Of a stretch of DNA of 64,000 bases, positions 61,601 through 64,000 are shown piece after piece (positions within the stretch are counted from its first letter, which is position 1; each line of letters starts with the position of its first letter). The position numbers and the translations under genes are program-made. The DNA lies in the NCBI GenBank assembly GCA_964106915.2, contig OZ066919.1. The stretch is one strand, 5' to 3'. This stretch comes from Podarcis gaigeae (Eukaryota). The notes under the pieces were generated by a model, which was given only the letters and a program-made list of their open reading frames with translations, made no database searches and was not told the DNA's origin.

Positions 61601-63147
61601 ATGGTCTATTCTGACAAGCACCAGCTCTTCAGGGTCCCAGACAGAGGGAAATCTTTCCCATTGCCTACCATCTGATCCTTCTAACTGAAGATGCCAGAAA
61701 TTGAACCTGGGATCTTGAGATTGCAGACTATGTGCTCTACCACTGAGATATGGTCACTCCCTCTTCACATTTCTTAAAAACAGTAAATTGACAAGTTTAA
61801 AGTCATTGCAGACAGTGGAATACCAAGTGTCAAAGCGAAGTACGAACATACATCTTGCTAAGTAATTAATTACATTCTCTATAGTTTAGAACCTAAGTGG
61901 TTTGAATTTCCAAATATACAGGAAAGCCAAGGTTTGGAGCAGATCTTGGAAAATGACACAACAGCCATAACTTTGGTTTGTAAGTTCAGACATGGCAAAC
62001 CAGAATAGTACAAGCCATGGTTCAAAAAACCAATTCAAATTAGGTTTCTTATTCTGATTCAATGGGTGATATCAATTCAGTATGTCTTGTCAATTCAAAC
62101 ATCACACTAAGTCATAGTTAAAAGCTTCCTTAATCATGATTTGGCGGAATGTATTGAGTATGCAAATATAACCAGGAAATGTATTTTCTAGATTTTAAAT
62201 TTTAATAAGTCATGTGTTTAGGATGAACAGATATTCAGTTGTAAGATTTTCATGCTGAATAGCCTTGAGATCAAGTAACTGCAATACCATTGTGAGTACA
62301 GCGAGAAGACCAACAGGGATAGGATCTTGCTTTATCCTCTCTGCAGCCAGATCTACTAGTAGCATCAACATGTTGTAGATTCCCTCATGGATTTCGGTAC
62401 CCCATTTATGAACAGCGCTCGATGTCAACAGCTGCAAAGGAGCACAGTATGTGTTAAAATGCTGACATGGATCTACAAGGGGGAAGAGAGTACCTTTTTG
62501 CTAGCCTTGAAATGCTTTTGGAGCTATCTATTTAGCAACAAACAACTTCTGAAGGCAGATTTTAAACCTGGAAAGAACAGCCGGCATCTACCTTAGCTCC
62601 CCATCCCAGTTTTAAGAAGATTCCATTTTTAGGCATAGAATATTTAGAGAACACAATATCTTCAATACATTCCAAGACCAGAGGTGGCTAGGAGAACATC
62701 TTCACTTGGCATAACCTCACTAATCCACTTAAAAAACCCCCAAACAAAGTCCTGTCCTTATTTCTACAAACGTTTCTCAATAGCCCCGTTCTCCTGTCCC
62801 CATTTGCTGTCCCAATAAAAAATGACCTATTTTGTAGAACACCACAAAATTGCTGCAACATGCAAAAGAAAAATCAAATGCAGCTCTCAAATCTGCAAAT
62901 TTGAAGTGGAATAGCACAATAGTATTTGTCAACCATGTCCATTATTATAACTTGCCCTCTTCCTCCTTACTTGCTACAGTATCAGAATGTAGCAAGCTGC
63001 CACTTTATGAGTTCTATACCGCCTACTCTCCTATCTACAGCACTAGATAGAATCCACTGTAATTTTCTCTTACACCTACCTTTTTAAATGCTTCAGGCAT
63101 ACATCTGTCCATAAACCTTCTGCAGTTTTCATCAGAATCCGAAAGCC
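8160..63147 (-). CDS. USP24: Ubiquitin carboxyl-terminal hydrolase 24 (USP9X-related deubiquitinase), 65 coding exons (human-equivalent 3-15 and 17-68); 5' end outside the window
   Basis: All exons join in one open frame (7325 nt); Cys box [26 protein letters not shown], His box [22 protein letters not shown]-terminus [17 protein letters not shown]. Confidence 0.98.
9648..9758 (-). CDS. USP24: USP24 exon 67
   Basis: [37 protein letters not shown]; AG/GT. Confidence 0.93.
10588..10633. repeat. (CA)n microsatellite
   Basis: About 23 units. Confidence 0.95.
10687..10773 (-). CDS. USP24: USP24 exon 66
   Basis: [29 protein letters not shown]. Confidence 0.93.
10864..10939 (-). CDS. USP24: USP24 exon 65
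   Basis: [25 protein letters not shown]. Confidence 0.93.
11549..11630 (-). CDS. USP24: USP24 exon 64
   Basis: [26 protein letters not shown]. Confidence 0.93.
12689..12755 (-). CDS. USP24: USP24 exon 63
   Basis: [22 protein letters not shown]. Confidence 0.93.
13112..13177 (-). CDS. USP24: USP24 exon 62
   Basis: [22 protein letters not shown]. Confidence 0.93.
13640..13830 (+). mobile_element. MIR/CORE-like SINE relic
   Basis: B-box-like GGGTTCAAAT, CORE-like GGGTAACCTTGGGCCAGTC..CCTACCTCACAGGGTTGTTGTG, L2-like tail; boundaries approximate. Confidence 0.65.
14095..14208 (-). CDS. USP24: USP24 exon 61
   Basis: [38 protein letters not shown]. Confidence 0.93.
14373..14494 (-). CDS. USP24: USP24 exon 60
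   Basis: [40 protein letters not shown]. Confidence 0.92.
15929..16031 (-). CDS. USP24: USP24 exon 59
   Basis: [34 protein letters not shown]. Confidence 0.93.
16823..16915 (-). CDS. USP24: USP24 exon 58 (CAGCAG tandem acceptor)
   Basis: [31 protein letters not shown]. Confidence 0.92.
17421..17537 (-). CDS. USP24: USP24 exon 57
   Basis: [39 protein letters not shown]. Confidence 0.93.
17735..18008 (+). mobile_element. L2/CR1-group LINE 3' end with (TTA)n tail
   Basis: T-rich 3' UTR, TGTAAGCC..GAG..GGGCGGGGTATAAATAAA and ATT repeats. Confidence 0.7.
18576..18672 (-). CDS. USP24: USP24 exon 56
   Basis: [32 protein letters not shown]. Confidence 0.93.
19273..19386 (-). CDS. USP24: USP24 exon 55
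   Basis: [37 protein letters not shown]. Confidence 0.93.
19487..19590 (-). CDS. USP24: USP24 exon 54
   Basis: [34 protein letters not shown]. Confidence 0.93.
20826..20921 (-). CDS. USP24: USP24 exon 53
   Basis: [32 protein letters not shown]. Confidence 0.93.
21304..21386 (+). mobile_element. CR1-type 3' tail fragment
   Basis: CCTGCATTGCAGGGGGTTGGACTAGATGACC..CCAACCCTACAATTCTATTATTCTATG. Confidence 0.75.
21727..21877 (-). CDS. USP24: USP24 exon 52
   Basis: [50 protein letters not shown]. Confidence 0.93.
22711..22781. repeat. Compound (CA)n(GA)n microsatellite
   Basis: Direct reading. Confidence 0.95.
22852..22993 (-). CDS. USP24: USP24 exon 51 (end of USP domain)
   Basis: [46 protein letters not shown]. 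Confidence 0.94.
24095..24219 (-). CDS. USP24: USP24 exon 50 (catalytic Asn/Asp motif)
   Basis: [41 protein letters not shown]. Confidence 0.95.
24411..24757 (-). mobile_element. Sauria SINE (near full length)
   Basis: (ACCTTT)n tail and tRNA-derived head on - strand; closely similar to copies at 42587 and 47551. Confidence 0.9.
24901..25121 (-). CDS. USP24: USP24 exon 49 (His box)
   Basis: [35 protein letters not shown]. Confidence 0.95.
25540..25659 (-). CDS. USP24: USP24 exon 48
   Basis: [40 protein letters not shown]. Confidence 0.94.
26125..26266 (-). CDS. USP24: USP24 exon 47 (fingers CxxC)
   Basis: [47 protein letters not shown]. Confidence 0.94.
26979..27113. mobile_element. Degraded hAT hairpin MITE
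   Basis: CCTCCAGAGGTTTTGG..CCCAAAACACCTGGAAGG inverted arms; same family as 56814. Confidence 0.6.
27699..27781 (-). CDS. USP24: USP24 exon 46
   Basis: [27 protein letters not shown]. Confidence 0.94.
27889..27987 (-). CDS. USP24: USP24 exon 45 (QQD box)
   Basis: [33 protein letters not shown]. Confidence 0.94.
28161..28414. mobile_element. Tc1/mariner (Tigger-like) MITE
   Basis: Termini TACAGTTGCACCTTGG / CCAAGGTATGACTGTA (13/16 inverted match, TA ends); internal palindrome. Confidence 0.8.
28508..28633 (-). CDS. USP24: USP24 exon 44
   Basis: [42 protein letters not shown]. Confidence 0.94.
29677..29796 (-). CDS. USP24: USP24 exon 43 (catalytic Cys box)
   Basis: [40 protein letters not shown]. 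Confidence 0.95.
30038..30182 (-). CDS. USP24: USP24 exon 42
   Basis: [48 protein letters not shown]. Confidence 0.93.
31144..31261 (-). CDS. USP24: USP24 exon 41
   Basis: [38 protein letters not shown]. Confidence 0.93.
31904..31918. promoter_or_regulatory. Palindromic RFX X-box-like motif
   Basis: GTTGCC-CAT-GGCAAC matches GTNRCC-N0-3-RGYAAC. Confidence 0.35.
32050..32241 (-). CDS. USP24: USP24 exon 40
   Basis: [46 protein letters not shown]. Confidence 0.93.
33059..33120 (-). CDS. USP24: USP24 exon 39
   Basis: [20 protein letters not shown]. Confidence 0.93.
33900..34060 (-). CDS. USP24: USP24 exon 38 (GC donor)
   Basis: [53 protein letters not shown]; ends AG|gcaagt. Confidence 0.91.
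34577..34647 (-). CDS. USP24: USP24 exon 37
   Basis: [23 protein letters not shown]. Confidence 0.93.
34913..35068 (-). CDS. USP24: USP24 exon 36
   Basis: [51 protein letters not shown]. Confidence 0.93.
35226..35385 (-). CDS. USP24: USP24 exon 35
   Basis: [53 protein letters not shown]. Confidence 0.93.
35615..35843 (-). CDS. USP24: USP24 exon 34
   Basis: [34 protein letters not shown]. Confidence 0.93.
35962..36057 (-). CDS. USP24: USP24 exon 33
   Basis: [31 protein letters not shown]. Confidence 0.93.
36170..36352 (+). mobile_element. 5'-truncated Sauria SINE (second subfamily)
   Basis: Ends GGTACCTTTACCTTTAC; 15-bp TSD TAATATAATGTG(T/C)TA; matches the 63263 copy. Confidence 0.88.
36607..36751 (+). 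mobile_element. tRNA-derived SINE with CR1 tail (Squam2-like)
   Basis: A box GGCTCAGTTGG, tRNA-Ile-like head, degenerate B box GGTTTGATCC, CR1 tail ..CCAACTCTACCATTCTATGATTCTA. Confidence 0.8.
37408..37505 (-). CDS. USP24: USP24 exon 32
   Basis: [32 protein letters not shown]. Confidence 0.93.
38085..38275. mobile_element. Tc1/mariner (Tc2/pogo-like) MITE
   Basis: ~29-bp TIRs TACCATATTTTTCGCTCTATAGGACGCAC / GTGCGTCCTATAGAGCGAAAAATAAGGTA with TA ends. Confidence 0.85.
38580..38676 (-). mobile_element. Squam3-like tRNA SINE fragment
   Basis: CTACCTGGAGATGCCAGGAACTGAAC..CATGCAAA; homologous to 42035 and 61555 copies. Confidence 0.55.
38732..38887 (-). CDS. USP24: USP24 exon 31
   Basis: [52 protein letters not shown]. 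Confidence 0.93.
39041..39165. mobile_element. Degraded hAT MITE
   Basis: CAGGGA..TCCCTG termini; internal similarity to the 56814 family. Confidence 0.5.
39946..40039 (-). CDS. USP24: USP24 exon 30
   Basis: [31 protein letters not shown]. Confidence 0.93.
40175..40260 (-). CDS. USP24: USP24 exon 29
   Basis: [28 protein letters not shown]. Confidence 0.93.
40409..40466. repeat. Compound (CT)n(CA)n microsatellite
   Basis: Direct reading. Confidence 0.95.
41023..41193 (-). CDS. USP24: USP24 exon 28 (Ser-rich)
   Basis: [57 protein letters not shown]. Confidence 0.93.
41269..41367 (-). CDS. USP24: USP24 exon 27 (UBL-like region)
   Basis: [33 protein letters not shown]. Confidence 0.93.
41727..41837 (-). 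CDS. USP24: USP24 exon 26
   Basis: [37 protein letters not shown]. Confidence 0.93.
42035..42168 (+). mobile_element. Squam3-like tRNA SINE
   Basis: CTCAGTGGCAGAACATCTGCTTTGCATGCAGAAGGTC..GAGCCACTGCCTGTCAGTGTAGA. Confidence 0.65.
42587..42927 (-). mobile_element. Sauria SINE
   Basis: Full body; approximate TSD AAAT(A/G)CAAAAATAG. Confidence 0.9.
43171..43505 (+). mobile_element. RTE-clade LINE 3' fragment, nested in an L2-like tail (43085-43560)
   Basis: Encodes ..[31 protein letters not shown] (C2H2 finger) with one in-frame TGA; (GAA)n tail. Confidence 0.8.
43647..43713 (-). CDS. USP24: USP24 exon 25
   Basis: [22 protein letters not shown]. Confidence 0.93.
45573..45688 (-). CDS. USP24: USP24 exon 24
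   Basis: [38 protein letters not shown]. Confidence 0.93.
46316..46369 (-). CDS. USP24: USP24 exon 23
   Basis: [18 protein letters not shown]. Confidence 0.92.
46594..46625. repeat. (CA)n microsatellite
   Basis: Direct reading. Confidence 0.95.
46693..46763. repeat. ~21-22 bp minisatellite, 3 copies
   Basis: AACTT..AATCAGTGACA repeated three times. Confidence 0.8.
47259..47399 (-). CDS. USP24: USP24 exon 22
   Basis: [47 protein letters not shown]. Confidence 0.93.
47551..47914 (-). mobile_element. Sauria SINE (full length)
   Basis: Head GGGACGCGGGTGGCGCTGTGG on - strand; 15-bp TSD TATAAG(C/T)ACAAATAA at 47536-47550 and 47916-47930. Confidence 0.92.
48099..48325. mobile_element. hAT (Blackjack-like) DNA transposon relic
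   Basis: TAGCGTTGCCATATTTCAAAAAGTAAAAACCAG end, repeated as TAGGGCTGCCATATTTCAAAAGGTGAAAATCCAG at ~56626. Confidence 0.5.
48454..48530 (-). CDS. USP24: USP24 exon 21
   Basis: [25 protein letters not shown]. Confidence 0.93.
48737..48848 (-). CDS. USP24: USP24 exon 20
   Basis: [37 protein letters not shown]. Confidence 0.93.
49205..49336 (-). CDS. USP24: USP24 exon 19
   Basis: [44 protein letters not shown]. Confidence 0.93.
49511..49660 (-). CDS. USP24: USP24 exon 18
   Basis: [50 protein letters not shown]. Confidence 0.92.
51033..51140 (-). CDS. USP24: USP24 exon 17
   Basis: [36 protein letters not shown]. Confidence 0.92.
51545..51706 (-). CDS. USP24: USP24 exon 15
   Basis: [54 protein letters not shown]. 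Confidence 0.93.
51800..51895 (-). CDS. USP24: USP24 exon 14 (GC donor)
   Basis: [32 protein letters not shown]; ends AAG|gcatga. Confidence 0.9.
52051..52158 (-). CDS. USP24: USP24 exon 13
   Basis: [36 protein letters not shown]. Confidence 0.92.
54695..54798 (-). CDS. USP24: USP24 exon 12
   Basis: [34 protein letters not shown]. Confidence 0.93.
55564..55678 (-). CDS. USP24: USP24 exon 11
   Basis: [38 protein letters not shown]. Confidence 0.93.
56362..56520 (-). CDS. USP24: USP24 exon 10
   Basis: [53 protein letters not shown]. Confidence 0.93.
56814..56948. mobile_element. Young hAT hairpin MITE
   Basis: TIR CAGGCATAGGCAAACT / AGTTTGCCTATGCCTG; perfect 8-bp TSD ATGTAGAC (56806-56813, 56949-56956). 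Confidence 0.92.
57500..57574 (-). CDS. USP24: USP24 exon 9
   Basis: [25 protein letters not shown]. Confidence 0.93.
58714..58779 (-). CDS. USP24: USP24 exon 8
   Basis: [22 protein letters not shown]. Confidence 0.92.
59152..59217 (-). CDS. USP24: USP24 exon 7
   Basis: [22 protein letters not shown]. Confidence 0.92.
60247..60282 (-). CDS. USP24: USP24 exon 6 (36 nt)
   Basis: [12 protein letters not shown]; ctag|..|gtaagt. Confidence 0.9.
61077..61199 (-). CDS. USP24: USP24 exon 5
   Basis: [41 protein letters not shown]. Confidence 0.93.
61555..61762 (-). mobile_element. Squam3-like tRNA SINE (degraded)
   Basis: - strand head CTCAGTGGTAGAGCAC..CCAGGTTCAATT..GGCATCT. Confidence 0.6.
62288..62431 (-). 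CDS. USP24: USP24 exon 4
   Basis: [48 protein letters not shown]. Confidence 0.93.
63080..63147 (-). CDS. USP24: USP24 exon 3
   Basis: [22 protein letters not shown]. Confidence 0.92.
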
Positions 63148-63262
63148 CTTATTTAACAGAGGAAAAAAGGAGGTTAGGATCCTGCAAAGTTTTGCAAGCT
63201 ACGGACTGAAGCTCACAGGGCTACCCAAACAAGATTTTTGTTGGTTCACACAAACACCACTA

Positions 63263-63627
63263 AAGGTAAAGGTAAAGGTACCCCTGCCCGTACGGGCCAG
63301 TCTTGACAGACTCTGGGGTTGTGCGCCCATCTCACTCAAGAGGCCAGGGGCCAGCGCTGTCCGGAGACACTTCCGGGTCACGTGGCCAGCGTGACATCGC
63401 TGCTCTGGCGAGCCAGAGCCGCACACGGAAACGCCGTTTACCTTCCCGCTGGTAAGCGGTCCCTATTTATCTACTTGCACCCGGAGGTGCTTTCGAACTG
63501 CTAGGTTGGCAGGCGCTGGGACCGAGCAGCGGGAGCGCACCCCGCCGCAGGGATTCGAACCGCCGACCTTTCGAACGGCAAGTCCTAGGCGCTGAGGCTT
63601 TAACCCACAGCGCCACCTGCGTCCCCC
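63263..63627 (-). mobile_element. Sauria SINE (full length, young)
   Basis: Perfect 12-bp TSD CAAACACCACTA (63251-63262, 63628-63639); CpG-rich; intact B box GGTTCGAATCC. Confidence 0.93.
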
Positions 63628-64000
63628 CAAACACCACTACTGCATACCAATTCTTTTAATAATGAAGAAACTCAAAGAAGTTATAGTTTTAATAAGGAGA
63701 AATGAATGAAATAAAACAGTGCAGATTTCTAAAAATCAACACAGAAGCAACAATGCTTTCTAAAGCTCCATATTTTTGTGCTTAAACGGGGCAAGGTATT
63801 GCTCACAAAGGCCAGGATCCAGAATACTATGAACAAAGGAGACTTTAGATATTTTCTTATTCAACTGTGGGACTTTCAAAAGTAGTTTATGACATGGCAC
63901 TGGAGTCAGAAATTCTATGAGGGTAGTTCACATGTGACAGAACAGCTCTATGGATCCCAGGCAGAGTTTGCTGGCTGGCACACTAGAACATTACAGCAAT

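Noticed and set aside
8160-63147. U12-type introns or pseudogenising lesions in USP24
   Set aside because: No RTATCCT donors seen; all 65 exons splice in frame with no stops

Overview
Eukaryotic (squamate reptile, most likely a lacertid lizard judging from the Sauria/POM-type SINEs) genomic window holding two convergent genes in the conserved vertebrate PCSK9-USP24 arrangement. On the + strand are the last five coding exons of PCSK9 (280-3178; end of the catalytic domain plus the complete Cys/His-rich domain with all 18 cysteines, no disabling lesions) and its 3' UTR. On the - strand are 65 coding exons of USP24 (63147 down to the stop at 8160). I spliced these by hand into one uninterrupted frame of 7325 nt (~2440 aa) with intact Cys box, His box and Asp. 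Exon numbers follow my recollection of the human gene; exons 1-2 lie beyond the window. The introns carry squamate SINEs, L2/CR1/RTE LINE tails, hAT and Tc1/mariner MITEs and microsatellites. I found no evidence of a wholly new multi-gene system. The best leads are regulatory: (i) a palindromic two-way poly(A) signal between the genes, with a 13-bp inverted copy at the PCSK9 signal; (ii) two GC-AG introns in USP24, one with a competing GT donor that would add Ala-Stop; (iii) apparent absence of human USP24 exon 16; (iv) a PCSK9 C-terminal domain lacking several mammalian regulatory residues; (v) inverted SINEs bracketing the catalytic exons.
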